Shown here one piece after another: positions 50,703 through 59,676 of a stretch of 64,000 bases of DNA (within the stretch, counting starts at the first letter, position 1; each line of letters begins with the position of its first letter). The notes beneath the pieces are model-generated. The model did not search any database, was not told the origin of the DNA, and saw only the letters and a program-made list of their open reading frames with translations. The position numbers and the translations under genes were made by a program. The stretch is from an uncultured Desulfohalobiaceae bacterium (lineage in GTDB: Bacteria > Desulfobacterota > Desulfovibrionia > Desulfovibrionales > Desulfothermaceae), in contig CAZNIP010000004.1 in NCBI GenBank assembly GCA_964573115.1, forward strand, positions 1,190 to 65,189, given 5' to 3'.

Positions 50703-51568
50703 GCCTGTATCCTCTCGGCCACGTACTCCGTGAGCAGGGCTGCGGCGTTGATGTTCTGGGCTTCGAGCATGCCCCGGAACCCCCCAAAGGCCGAGACTTC
50801 GAAGACCACGGGCCCCTGCTCGGTTTCCACCAGGTCCACGCAGGTAAAATCGAGCCCGAACAGGGACTGGGCCTTTTCCGCCAGGCTGATGCTCTCGTCC
50901 GAGGGCGTAAAGGGTTCGTACTTGCCGCCGTTGGCCGTGGTCGTGTTCCAGGAGTGGCCCAGTTTCCTGGAGTAGGTTGTCAGATAGGACCCTCCCAGGA
51001 AGACCAGTCCCAGATCCCGGCCATTGAGATCGATCTTTTTCTGGATGTACATGATGGAATTGTGGCGATGGTAGTCCTGGACCTGTCGCTCGATGTCCGA
51101 ATCGGCGGAGATGAGCTTCATGCCCCTGGCCTTGGAGGTGTACAGGGGCTTGAACACGGCCTGGCCGTAATCCTGTACGGCCTTGATGGCCTGCGCGGAC
51201 TCTTCGGTGATCGTGGTCGGCGGCATGGGGATGCCGGCCAGCCTGAGGCTGATGGTGCAGCTCAGGCGGTCCAGGACGCGCATGATGTTCAGGGGGGAGG
51301 AGTAGACCTTGACCCCCTGTTCCTGGACAAAACGGAGCATCTCCAGTCTGTCCAGGAGATCGGGGGAATATCTGGCCCCGATCTTCTTGACGATCAGCCC
51401 GTCCAGCGTGCAGAGGTCGGTCTGTCCATGCCAGGCCCGGCATCTCTCGAGGTCCAGGCTGACATCCGCCATGTCCACGAGCAGACGGAAACCGGTCTTG
51501 TCCTGAACTGCATCAGCCAGGAATTCCGAAGACCATCCTCCGTGCGTGCCGACAACTCCAATTCTCAT
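50699..51568 (-). CDS. ATP-grasp (RimK-like) ligase
   Basis: 289 aa with MRIGVVG...GLIVKKIG...VFKPLYTSKARGMKLI...MYIQKKID...FTCVDLVETEQGPVVFEVSAFGGF. Confidence 0.85.
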   Translation of the reverse strand: MRIGVVGTHGGWSSEFLADAVQDKTGFRLLVDMADVSLDLERCRAWHGQTDLCTLDGLIVKKIGARYSPDLLDRLEMLRFVQEQGVKVYSSPLNIMRVLDRLSCTISLRLAGIPMPPTTITEESAQAIKAVQDYGQAVFKPLYTSKARGMKLISADSDIERQVQDYHRHNSIMYIQKKIDLNGRDLGLVFLGGSYLTTYSRKLGHSWNTTTANGGKYEPFTPSDESISLAEKAQSLFGLDFTCVDLVETEQGPVVFEVSAFGGFRGMLEAQNINAAALLTEYVAERIQA

Positions 51569-51637
51569 AGGTCGATCACCTCGTCATGATACGGTTTGAG
51601 CAGTGTTCCAGACTCGGCAGGTGTCCAGGACCTGCCA

Positions 51638-53293
51638 TCAGGAGCGCAGGATTCTGTCCGGGAAGGAGAATGCTGACCAGGGCCGGTCGCGATGGTTGAC
51701 GACCTTGTCCAGGAGGTAGTGGGCCCTGAGGAACATGTCTCTGGAAAAGCTGGAGTTCAGTTCGAAACGGGTGGAGGTGTACAGGGACCGGGCCACCGCC
51801 AGGGCCAGGCGGATATCGAAGAGGGTGTCGCCGCGATCTCCGGCATAGGACTTGGCAAAGAGAAACATGCGCTGGATCATCCAGTTCAGGCGGTCCCGCT
51901 TGTCTTTGGAAAAGATCGGGATGCGGTAGTTGGAGACCAGAAAGACTGAAATGTCCTGGACAAAATCAAAGGGCCTGGAGCGGTGGACGTCGATGAAGTG
52001 CACCTTTTGCCGGGTGTGGTTGTAGACGATGTTGTTGATGTTGAAATCGCCGTGGATCAGAACGGAAAACGGGGCCTGGACCTCGTCCTCCACCGCGGTG
52101 CAGAGGGTCATGAGCTCACGGGTGCTGTAAATCTGGTTTGAGCCGACCCTGGAGCTTCTGCGCTCAAAGCTGGGATGGACCTGCTTGACGGCGCCCAGAC
52201 GGCTGCTCAACTGCTGCATGAAGTTGGTCTGCACCGGTTCCGGCCTGGTGGTCGTGTCCCAGACTTCCTGAAGCGTCTCCTCCAGGATAAAGGCCGCATT
52301 GAGCAGGGTGTCCCAGTCCGTGGTCAGGACAGCCTCGTCCAGGGTGCACCCGGGCAGAAGCTCCACCAGCATGGAGGCCTGATCATCGGTTTCGTGCTCA
52401 AAGTAGTTGAAGATCTTGGGCACCAGGCCGGGGAAGGCCTCTTCCCAACGGATCAGGTTTTCCTTCTCCTCCTTGATCTTCTGCCTGCTGCCCTCCTTGA
52501 AGATGGAATCCTGGACCTGAAAGCGCTCCTTCTTGTCCTCGACACGGCCGATTCTGCAACCGGACCGGCTGCCCCAGATGAACTGGACATTGACATCTGA
52601 AAACGAGGATTGCATGTCCGGCTGATTCAAGGTCTGCTGCAGGGCCTGGAACTGATTGATCTTGATCTTCTCGCCCAGGATGGTGAACAGAATGGCTTCG
52701 CCGATGTTCAGCAGGCTGTCTCCGATCCGTTCCAGGTAGCGGACGATGAACAGGATGGTGATGTAGTTGCCTGGATCGGAACGCCCCTCCTTCAGCTCGG
52801 CCATGACCCGGTCGAAATGGGTCTTGTACATCTGGTCCAGATGGTTTTCAGCCCGGCAGATGGTCAGGGCCTTGGAGAGCTCCTTTTCCTTCAGGGCAGG
52901 GTCGATTTCCGCCAGGGTGTCCAGGATCTCCGTGAGCATGCCCTCATAGTTGAAGGAGTACAGGAACGAGGTGTCGGTCAGGTATTGCACCTGGCGGACG
53001 ATGTTCACGCAGAAGTCCGCGATCCGCTCCAGGTTGACGGCAATGGTCTGCATGGCCCGGATGTTGTTGACGTCCCTTTTGGACAGGCTGCCGTTGGTGG
53101 AGGAGATGATCTGTTCAAAGCAGGCGTTCTCCACCATGTTTCTCAGGTTGTCGACGGCGTCGTCCTTGGTGGTGATGGCTTGAAAGAGCTCAGGAGAGGG
53201 GTCGTTCAGGAAGTCGAAGGTGTTGGTGGCCAGGTTCTTGACCTCGATGAGCAGAAACTGAAAGTTGTCGTAGAGCGAGCCAAAGGTGAGCAT
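51638..53293 (-). CDS. two PhoU domains fused to an aminoglycoside-phosphotransferase/choline-kinase-like kinase domain
   Basis: The N-terminal ~220 aa hold PhoU repeats (LERIADFCVNIVRQV, LERIGDSLLNIGEAILF). The C-terminus has LIHGDFNINNIVYN...FIDVHRS, the HxDxxxxN catalytic loop and DxxxD-like Mg site. Confidence 0.75.
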   Translation of the reverse strand: MLTFGSLYDNFQFLLIEVKNLATNTFDFLNDPSPELFQAITTKDDAVDNLRNMVENACFEQIISSTNGSLSKRDVNNIRAMQTIAVNLERIADFCVNIVRQVQYLTDTSFLYSFNYEGMLTEILDTLAEIDPALKEKELSKALTICRAENHLDQMYKTHFDRVMAELKEGRSDPGNYITILFIVRYLERIGDSLLNIGEAILFTILGEKIKINQFQALQQTLNQPDMQSSFSDVNVQFIWGSRSGCRIGRVEDKKERFQVQDSIFKEGSRQKIKEEKENLIRWEEAFPGLVPKIFNYFEHETDDQASMLVELLPGCTLDEAVLTTDWDTLLNAAFILEETLQEVWDTTTRPEPVQTNFMQQLSSRLGAVKQVHPSFERRSSRVGSNQIYSTRELMTLCTAVEDEVQAPFSVLIHGDFNINNIVYNHTRQKVHFIDVHRSRPFDFVQDISVFLVSNYRIPIFSKDKRDRLNWMIQRMFLFAKSYAGDRGDTLFDIRLALAVARSLYTSTRFELNSSFSRDMFLRAHYLLDKVVNHRDRPWSAFSFPDRILRS

Positions 53294-53302
53294 GAGCCAG
53301 CC

Positions 53303-53575
53303 TCAGGACTTGATGGTCAGGGGTTGATTCGCGGTCCCGGTCTGAGTCTGCTTGTCCTCCCAGACGATCTTCAGCTGCAGTTTGCTGCTCCCGTCCTTCT
53401 TCTTGGCTTTGATGGACAAAGTGAATAAATCTGGAGGGTTGAGGGTGAACTCCTCCTGAGAGGATCCCAGGACGATCCGCCCGTTTTCCAGCCCTTTCTG
53501 CAGAGTCTCCAGAAAGGACTTGATGGACTGGACATCCTGCATGGATTCATGAAAAAACTTGCCGTCACTGGCCAT
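53303..53575 (-). CDS. amphi-Trp-domain small protein
   Basis: 90 aa: ...SIKSFLETLQKGLENGRIVLGS...LSIKAKKKDGSSKLQLKIVWEDK. It matches my recollection of the amphi-Trp domain, an amphipathic segment ending in a conserved Trp. Confidence 0.65.
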   Translation of the reverse strand: MASDGKFFHESMQDVQSIKSFLETLQKGLENGRIVLGSSQEEFTLNPPDLFTLSIKAKKKDGSSKLQLKIVWEDKQTQTGTANQPLTIKS

Positions 53576-53715
53576 AGACTCTTTCCTTGTTGTCAGAGCA
53601 GAAGGCGGAGTTCAAAGCGCGGTCGCGCCTTCTAGTCAAGGACCGACGCCGGAGAAAAAGGATCGCTTGGCAACAGCGACGACATGGTGATCAATGGCCA
53701 ATTCCAGGACGATGA

Positions 53716-54882
53716 TCAGCCCTGCAGGCGGCTCAGGTATTCGTCAATGGTCCCTGCCCGGCTGACATGAGCCTTGATGAGCATTTTCTGGATGGACAGG
53801 TCGTCCCAGGCCGGCTGGAGCCCGATTTCCCGCGAAGCCTTGTCCAGGTCCTGCAGCTCAGGGTCCTTGACCTTTTCCCCCATGTGGGTGTCATCGCCCA
53901 TGAAGATCAAGAGCCGTCTCTTGGACAGCCCCAGTTCCCGGTTCTTGCGATTGACCACAGAAATCAGGAAATCGGTGTAGCGCTGGGACTGGGGGTTCCA
54001 GACTTCATAGCCGTCCACGTCGTATTCCGCCAGCAAAATAGGCCAGAACTGCTCCGGATGGGGGACAATGATCCCGGCCTGATGCTTGCGTGCCTCCTCG
54101 ATGATCTCTGATGTCCGGTAGAAGTACTGCAGGGAAAAGTTGGCCTTCACAGTCTGCTTGACCGTCTTCAAAAAGGCCTGGGCCCGGTCGATGACCTGAT
54201 GGCCGAACTGTGGCCGCAACCCGTCGAAGAAGTTGCGCAGCAGCTTGTTCTTGATCATGTCCTCGGGCACGGAGTCCAGGTGCTCGTCCAGGAGCTTCTT
54301 GATCTTGCGGACCGTGATCTGGATGAAGGTGACCAGGTCCTGGTCAGCGCCCGTCTCCCGGGCGGCATACTCCAGTCTGCCCTGCTTCGGGGCGGCGATG
54401 GTCTCGATGAAGTCGAAGAGCTGGGAGGCGCGATACTTCCTGGTGTGTTCGAGCATGGAGAGCAGGATGCCGGCGTCCTGGAGATTGGCCTGGTCGAAAT
54501 GGAGAAGCAGCTGGACCTTCTGGTCAAAGGCCCTGGAATAGCAGTCGACCTCAACGCCGCAGTATCCGTTCCAGTTCAGGAGCACATTGTGCTGAGTGGG
54601 AATGATCAGCTCCCTGTCCAGGCCTGGAAACATGGCGTGGGTCCTGGACAGGCAGAGTTCCAGGGGAACGAACTCGGGATGCCAGTGAACAGCCAGGATC
54701 TCCCTCTGCCGCGGATAGGTCAGTTCGGGGTTGCTGATCCGGTCGGTCTGCTCCTGGCTGAGCTCGATGTTCACGAGCTGAAAAAACAGGCGCCGATCCT
54801 CGTCCGTCGGCTCCTCAGGGATGGACCGGTCAAAGAGTGAGGGGCATTGAGGCTGGTTCTTCAGGACCATGACCATGAGCAA
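53716..54882 (-). CDS. 388-aa hypothetical protein (possible PHP-like C-terminal region)
   Basis: A long ORF with genome-typical codon bias inside the cluster. It carries AVHWHPEFVP, IIVPHPEQFW...GYEVWNPQS...FMGDDTHMGE. I cannot name a family with confidence. Confidence 0.6.
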   Translation of the reverse strand: MLMVMVLKNQPQCPSLFDRSIPEEPTDEDRRLFFQLVNIELSQEQTDRISNPELTYPRQREILAVHWHPEFVPLELCLSRTHAMFPGLDRELIIPTQHNVLLNWNGYCGVEVDCYSRAFDQKVQLLLHFDQANLQDAGILLSMLEHTRKYRASQLFDFIETIAAPKQGRLEYAARETGADQDLVTFIQITVRKIKKLLDEHLDSVPEDMIKNKLLRNFFDGLRPQFGHQVIDRAQAFLKTVKQTVKANFSLQYFYRTSEIIEEARKHQAGIIVPHPEQFWPILLAEYDVDGYEVWNPQSQRYTDFLISVVNRKNRELGLSKRRLLIFMGDDTHMGEKVKDPELQDLDKASREIGLQPAWDDLSIQKMLIKAHVSRAGTIDEYLSRLQG

Positions 54883-54900
54883 AACCTCGACTTCGTCCGG

Positions 54901-55425
54901 TCACTTGTAGGTGTCATGACATCGGCTTTTGAGGGTGTTCAGGGTGTTGACGCACTCCTTCAGCCGGGGCAGGTCCTCCTGTCCGTAGGCCTGTTCAAAG
55001 GCCTGACAGGCCTGCTGATACTCCTCGTAGTACTCGTCACCATACCCTGGATAGCTGATCATGCTTTCGGAGTCCTGGAGGAACACGGACACGATCTCCC
55101 GTGAGGGCATCTGGTTGTCGTTCACGCTCTTCAAGAGGTCGACGAAGTAGACTTCCATGCGCTTTTTGAGCTTGGAGTACTTCTCTTCCTCGAGATCGTC
55201 ATCGGGTTCCACATTCTCGGAACTGACGAACTTGATCTTCAGCTTGACGTTCATGAGGTCAGAAAATTTCTTCAAGCTCATCTTGAGCTTTGAAAAGTCT
55301 GACAAGTCGATATCATAGTCCTCGATCCTGGTCTGCCCATTTTCCACGCAATCGGCCACCGAGCGGAGAAAATGCGCTGCCTGATCCTTGCTCATGCTCA
55401 TTTCATATCGTTTCTTTTCGCTCAT
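54901..55425 (-). CDS. XXXCH-domain protein with an N-terminal amphi-Trp-like module
   Basis: 174 aa, acidic, with the C-terminus ...TLNTLKSRCHDTYK (xxxCH). Its N-terminal 70 aa align with the 53303-53575 protein. Confidence 0.7.
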   Translation of the reverse strand: MSEKKRYEMSMSKDQAAHFLRSVADCVENGQTRIEDYDIDLSDFSKLKMSLKKFSDLMNVKLKIKFVSSENVEPDDDLEEEKYSKLKKRMEVYFVDLLKSVNDNQMPSREIVSVFLQDSESMISYPGYGDEYYEEYQQACQAFEQAYGQEDLPRLKECVNTLNTLKSRCHDTYK

Positions 55426-55531
55426 AGGACCCCCATGGTCTCAAGTCGATTGTCAAACATCTGGTCACGTGTGAGCATTCGTTTCCATGACCTCCTTACA
55501 GGACTCACCTGGGCTTAGCAAGGGGTGAGGC

Positions 55532-56218
55532 TCACTCCTCTTCCTGGGAGCAGCGGTCATCGAACTGATTGGAATGTTTGACATTGATGCCTTTGACGAT
55601 AAAAAAGACATACTCAGCGATGTTCGTTGACAGGTCCCCCACCCGCTCCAGGGAGTTGGCCACGATGATCGTGTGCACGGCCCGCTCGACAATGATGGAC
55701 TCATTGGTCATGTAGTCGATGAGGCTCTTGATGATGGTCACGTTGAGCTCGTCCGCCTTTGAATCCAGGCAGCAGACCTCCCTGGCCATGTCGCAGTCCA
55801 GTTCTGACAGGGCGGTCATGGACTTGCGGAACATGTCCCCGACCACATTGGACAGATCCTCGATGCTGTTCATCAGGTTCAGGCGGGCCTTGCGGTTGAG
55901 CATGACCGCCCGTTCAGCCACATTGGTCGCCTGGTCGCCGATGCGCTCCAGTTCATTGGCGATTTTGGTGCACCCGGAGATGAACCGCAGATCCCTGGCC
56001 ACGGGCTGCCATCTGGCCAGGACATTCAGGATGTCCTCTTCGATATCGACTTCAATCTGATTGATGATTTTGTCCTCCTGGAGGACCTGGTCGGCCAGCT
56101 CGTCGTCCCGGTCGATCAGGGCACGGATGGCCTTGTCCAGGGCCCGCTCAGTCAGGGCGTACATCTTCAGCAGCTTGACCTTCAGGTTTTCCAATTCGAG
56201 GTGCAGATGTGTTTCCAT
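55532..56218 (-). CDS. phoU: phosphate signalling complex protein PhoU
   Basis: METHLHLELENLKVKLLKMYALTERALDKAIRAL..., with two PhoU repeats (ELERIGDQATNVAE, SLERVGDLSTNIAE). ATG 56218 is preferred over the track start at 56251. Confidence 0.85.
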   Translation of the reverse strand: METHLHLELENLKVKLLKMYALTERALDKAIRALIDRDDELADQVLQEDKIINQIEVDIEEDILNVLARWQPVARDLRFISGCTKIANELERIGDQATNVAERAVMLNRKARLNLMNSIEDLSNVVGDMFRKSMTALSELDCDMAREVCCLDSKADELNVTIIKSLIDYMTNESIIVERAVHTIIVANSLERVGDLSTNIAEYVFFIVKGINVKHSNQFDDRCSQEEE

Positions 56219-56348
56219 AAACCTTCCATCTCCTTGTCCATACAATATCATGACATTCTGGCCTCAGGCACCATGGTAAAACGATTCACCATTAGTACGA
56301 TTCCAGTTTCCAAAAGGCAAGCTGCCCTGCCGGTGGCCGGCCACCCGC

Positions 56349-58091
56349 TCAGCTCGGGACGGCCTTTTTGAGCTGTATGAAGAAAATCGATCCCTGCAGG
56401 GAACCAGGCACCGGGCTGTCGACCCAGATGCGTCCGTTCTGATTCCTGACGATGTGCTTGCAGATGGAAAGCCCGAGACCCGTTCCAGGGACATGGTTTC
56501 CATAGCCTTCCGTGCCGATGCGGTAAAAGCGTTCAAAGATCCGTTCCCTGAGCGAAAATGGAATGCCGGGACCTTCATCCTGAATGGCGATGACCCAGTC
56601 AGACCCCTTGTCCTGAACCGACACCTGGACTCGGCCTTTGATGGGTCCGTACTTGACGGCATTGTCCAGGATGTTGACCAGGACCCGCACCAGCTGCTCA
56701 AAATCTGAGAGAAGAACCACATCCTGGTCCGGCAGATTGCTGACCAGGGCCACCTGCCTGGCGTCCGCCTGCGGTCCGCATATTTCCCAGGCGGTGTTCA
56801 ACACGGAGCTCAAGTGGACAGGTTCCAGGCCCGGTTTTGATTCCATGGCCTCGAGCCTGGCCAGCTGCAGGAGATCTTCCAGGAGCTGGTTCATGGTGTT
56901 GGCGTTCTTCTGAATGACTTCCACAAAGGCTTTGGTGGTCTCCGGGTCAGGCACCGGGCTGGACAGCAGAGTTTCGGCATATCCCTTGATCGAGGTCAGC
57001 GGGGTTCGCAGTTCATGGGAGACATTGGCCACAAAGTCCTTTCTGACCTGCTCCAGCTTTTTGAGCTCAGACACGTCGTGAAAAACCAGGATCAGGCTCA
57101 GCGGCTGCTCCTCCCCGGATTGGAGTGGAATGATGCTGACATCGAAATAGCGGGCCCCGGGCATGGACACAAAGAGGTGGTGGGCCACCTGATCCCTGCT
57201 CTGCAGACAGTGCGTGATGGCATCGCCCAGATCGGCACTGTGGAGAAACTCGATGGGATTGCGCCCCTGAACGTTTTGGCTCAGACCGAAGATCTGTTTG
57301 ATGGCCTGATTGGCGATTTTGACCTTTCCCCGATCGTCAAGGACCAGGACTCCTTCCTGCATCCCGTTGAGAATGGTCTCCAGATGATCCCTCTGCTGGG
57401 CAATGGTTTGGATGTTGTTCTGAATCCTCTTGGCCAGGCGGTTGATGCTCTGGACCAGGGGGATGAAATCCCGTCCAGGGTAGGTCTGGATCCGCTTGTG
57501 GAAATTGCCGTGTCCGATCTCGTCCGCAGCCTGGCTGATGGCCGCAATCTCGCGGCTGTAGCTGCTCCCCAGCAGCCAGCTGATGACCCCGGCCAGAGCG
57601 ATCACGCCTGCGACCAAGAGGCCGTTCAGGGGCGTGAGGACATACCGGGATCCCGGTATGTCGGGGAATGTCTTGGTGATCTTCAGGGTTCCGGGTTCGA
57701 CCCCGGGGATGTCCCTGACCAGGACTGTTGCGGTGCAGCCAAGACCCCGGCCGTCCGGGTCTGGCATGCACTGCGCCAGTGCCTTTGTCTGCAGATCTGC
57801 CCCTGCTGCTTGAAGAGGTGTTGCTTCCGGGCTCCGGGCCTGAACATAGATGATCGTGGCCCCCAGGCTCTGCCCTTGGTCGTTGAGCCAGACTTCAAAT
57901 CCTTCCAGGGACGTGAAGTCCCCCCTTTTCTGAGCCAGCCGGTGGACGTGGCTCAGGATCTCAGCCGTTGATTTCGAGAACCTCTGCTCATCCTGATCCT
58001 GGAGGACCCGAATCGAGTTCAGCAGGATCACAACGACCAAGAGCAGGCTCAGGCCGATCATGGCCAGAAAAAAGGACTTCTTGAGGCTCAT
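56349..58091 (-). CDS. phoR: PhoR-like sensor histidine kinase (TM-HAMP-PAS-HisKA-HATPase)
   Basis: Carries the H-box FVANVSHELRTPLTSIKGY, an N-box NILDNAVKY and the G-boxes QDEGPGIP and GTGLGLSI. It sits between phoB-like and phoU. Confidence 0.8.
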   Translation of the reverse strand: MSLKKSFFLAMIGLSLLLVVVILLNSIRVLQDQDEQRFSKSTAEILSHVHRLAQKRGDFTSLEGFEVWLNDQGQSLGATIIYVQARSPEATPLQAAGADLQTKALAQCMPDPDGRGLGCTATVLVRDIPGVEPGTLKITKTFPDIPGSRYVLTPLNGLLVAGVIALAGVISWLLGSSYSREIAAISQAADEIGHGNFHKRIQTYPGRDFIPLVQSINRLAKRIQNNIQTIAQQRDHLETILNGMQEGVLVLDDRGKVKIANQAIKQIFGLSQNVQGRNPIEFLHSADLGDAITHCLQSRDQVAHHLFVSMPGARYFDVSIIPLQSGEEQPLSLILVFHDVSELKKLEQVRKDFVANVSHELRTPLTSIKGYAETLLSSPVPDPETTKAFVEVIQKNANTMNQLLEDLLQLARLEAMESKPGLEPVHLSSVLNTAWEICGPQADARQVALVSNLPDQDVVLLSDFEQLVRVLVNILDNAVKYGPIKGRVQVSVQDKGSDWVIAIQDEGPGIPFSLRERIFERFYRIGTEGYGNHVPGTGLGLSICKHIVRNQNGRIWVDSPVPGSLQGSIFFIQLKKAVPS

Positions 58092-58140
58092 AGGGGAGGC
58101 CTTCCGGGCGCTGGGTGAAACACCAGGAGGAGCACAGCGA

Positions 58141-58827
58141 TCAGGTGGCCTTGAGGCGATAGCCGATGCCGCGGACGGTATGAATCCAGTCAGCGTAGGG
58201 GCCCAGCTTTTGCCGGAGACGATGCATGTGGGTGTCCACGGTCCTGGCGTAGCCCATGAACTCGTAGCCCCAGACCTTGTCCAGCAGGTGCTCCCGACTG
58301 AGGACCCGGCCGTTGGCCCTGATCAGGGCAGCCAGCAGATTGAACTCCGTGGCTGTCAGGTCGGCTTCGGCCTCGTCGACCATGACTCGAAAAGCGCCAA
58401 AATCGACGCGAAGCCCGCTGTGTTCCCAGATATCCTCTTCCTTGAGGGGGGTCTTGGTCCGGCGGAGCACGGCCTTGACGCGCAGAATGAGCTCCCTGGG
58501 GCTGAAGGGCTTGACCACATAGTCGTCGATGCCCAGCTCGAAGCCCGAAATCCGGTCCTCCTCCTCTCCCTTGGCCGTGAGCATGATCACTGGAATGTCC
58601 CTGGTTTCGGGCTTCGACTTCAAAACCTTGCAGACTTCGATACCGTCCATGCCGGGGAGCATGATGTCCAGGAGGAGGACATCCGGAACCTGCCGCTCGA
58701 TGAGCGCCAGGGCGTGTTCGCCATCCTTTGCCGTCCAGGCCTCGTATCCCTCGCTTTGAAAATTGTACCTCAGCAGATTGAGGATATCCGCTTCGTCTTC
58801 AACAATGAGAATGGTCAAGGTGTCCAT
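58141..58827 (-). CDS. phoB: PhoB-like OmpR-family response regulator
   Basis: ILIVEDEADIL...DVLLLDIMLPGMDG...IMLTAKGEEEDR, plus a winged-helix C-terminus (…VDTHMHRLRQKL…RGIGYRL). Confidence 0.85.
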   Translation of the reverse strand: MDTLTILIVEDEADILNLLRYNFQSEGYEAWTAKDGEHALALIERQVPDVLLLDIMLPGMDGIEVCKVLKSKPETRDIPVIMLTAKGEEEDRISGFELGIDDYVVKPFSPRELILRVKAVLRRTKTPLKEEDIWEHSGLRVDFGAFRVMVDEAEADLTATEFNLLAALIRANGRVLSREHLLDKVWGYEFMGYARTVDTHMHRLRQKLGPYADWIHTVRGIGYRLKAT

Positions 58828-58859
58828 TGATCAGCATCCCGTTCCTGGCCTGCTTGACA

Positions 58860-59618
58860 TCAACCGAACCGACCGGTGATGTAGTCTTCAGTCTGCTTTT
58901 TGGAAGGCCGGGTGAAGATGGTTTCGGTCGTATCGACCTCAATGAGCTCTCCCATGTAGAAAAAGGCCGTGTAGTCCGAGACACGGGCGGCCTGCTGCAT
59001 GTTATGGGTGACGATGATGATCGTGTAGAGCTTCTTGAGCTCGAAGATGAGCTCCTCAATCCGCTGAGTGGCAATGGGATCAAGGGCTGAGGCCGGTTCG
59101 TCCATGAGCAGGACATCCGGCTCCACAGCCAGGGCCCTGGCGATGCACAGGCGCTGCTGCTGACCGCCTGACAGTCCCAGGGCCGAGCTCTCCAGCCTGT
59201 CTTTGACCTCCTCGAACAGGGCTGCCTGTTTCAGCCCCTCCTCGACTCGATCGGCAATTTCGTTCTTGTTGTACCTGTTGATCCTCAGGCCATAGGCCAC
59301 GTTTTCATAAATGGATTTGGGAAAGGGGTTGGGCTTTTGAAAGACCATGCCCACCTGGCGGCGCAGGGTGACCACATCGACCTTGGGGTCATTGATGTTC
59401 TCGTTGTCCAGGAGAATGCGCCCTTCGACCCTGGCCACCGGAATGAGGTCGTTCATACGGTTCAGGCAGCGCAGAAAGGTCGACTTGCCGCATCCGGAAG
59501 GCCCGATCAGGGCTGTGACTTCGTTTTTGCGGAACTGGATGTTGATGTCCTTGAGGGCATTGAAGTCACCATAGAAGAAATTCAATGCTTCGGAAGCCAT
59601 TTTCATTGAAGCGTCCAT
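58860..59618 (-). CDS. pstB: phosphate ABC transporter ATP-binding protein PstB
   Basis: Carries [34 protein letters not shown] and [12 protein letters not shown], with the PstB-typical C-terminus [18 protein letters not shown]. Confidence 0.95.
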   Translation of the reverse strand: MDASMKMASEALNFFYGDFNALKDINIQFRKNEVTALIGPSGCGKSTFLRCLNRMNDLIPVARVEGRILLDNENINDPKVDVVTLRRQVGMVFQKPNPFPKSIYENVAYGLRINRYNKNEIADRVEEGLKQAALFEEVKDRLESSALGLSGGQQQRLCIARALAVEPDVLLMDEPASALDPIATQRIEELIFELKKLYTIIIVTHNMQQAARVSDYTAFFYMGELIEVDTTETIFTRPSKKQTEDYITGRFG

Positions 59619-59676
59619 GACCGTGTTCTATCCTTTGGTGCGGTTGTCGTTTGTCTCTGTCCGGGTCTTCAAGCCA

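Noticed and set aside
49620-51443. A 607-aa version of the HprK-related kinase ORF.
   Set aside because: The first ~247 residues overlap the ATP-grasp gene out of frame and are low complexity. MTVTRRELV at 50702 overlaps the ATP-grasp stop and gives a 360-aa protein.
55450-55467. Pho-box-like TTGTCAA acat CTGGTCA upstream of the XXXCH gene.
   Set aside because: Each half-site matches in only 5/7 positions. The site sits only 25-42 nt from the ATG, too close to serve as a -35-replacing activator site with a 5' UTR.
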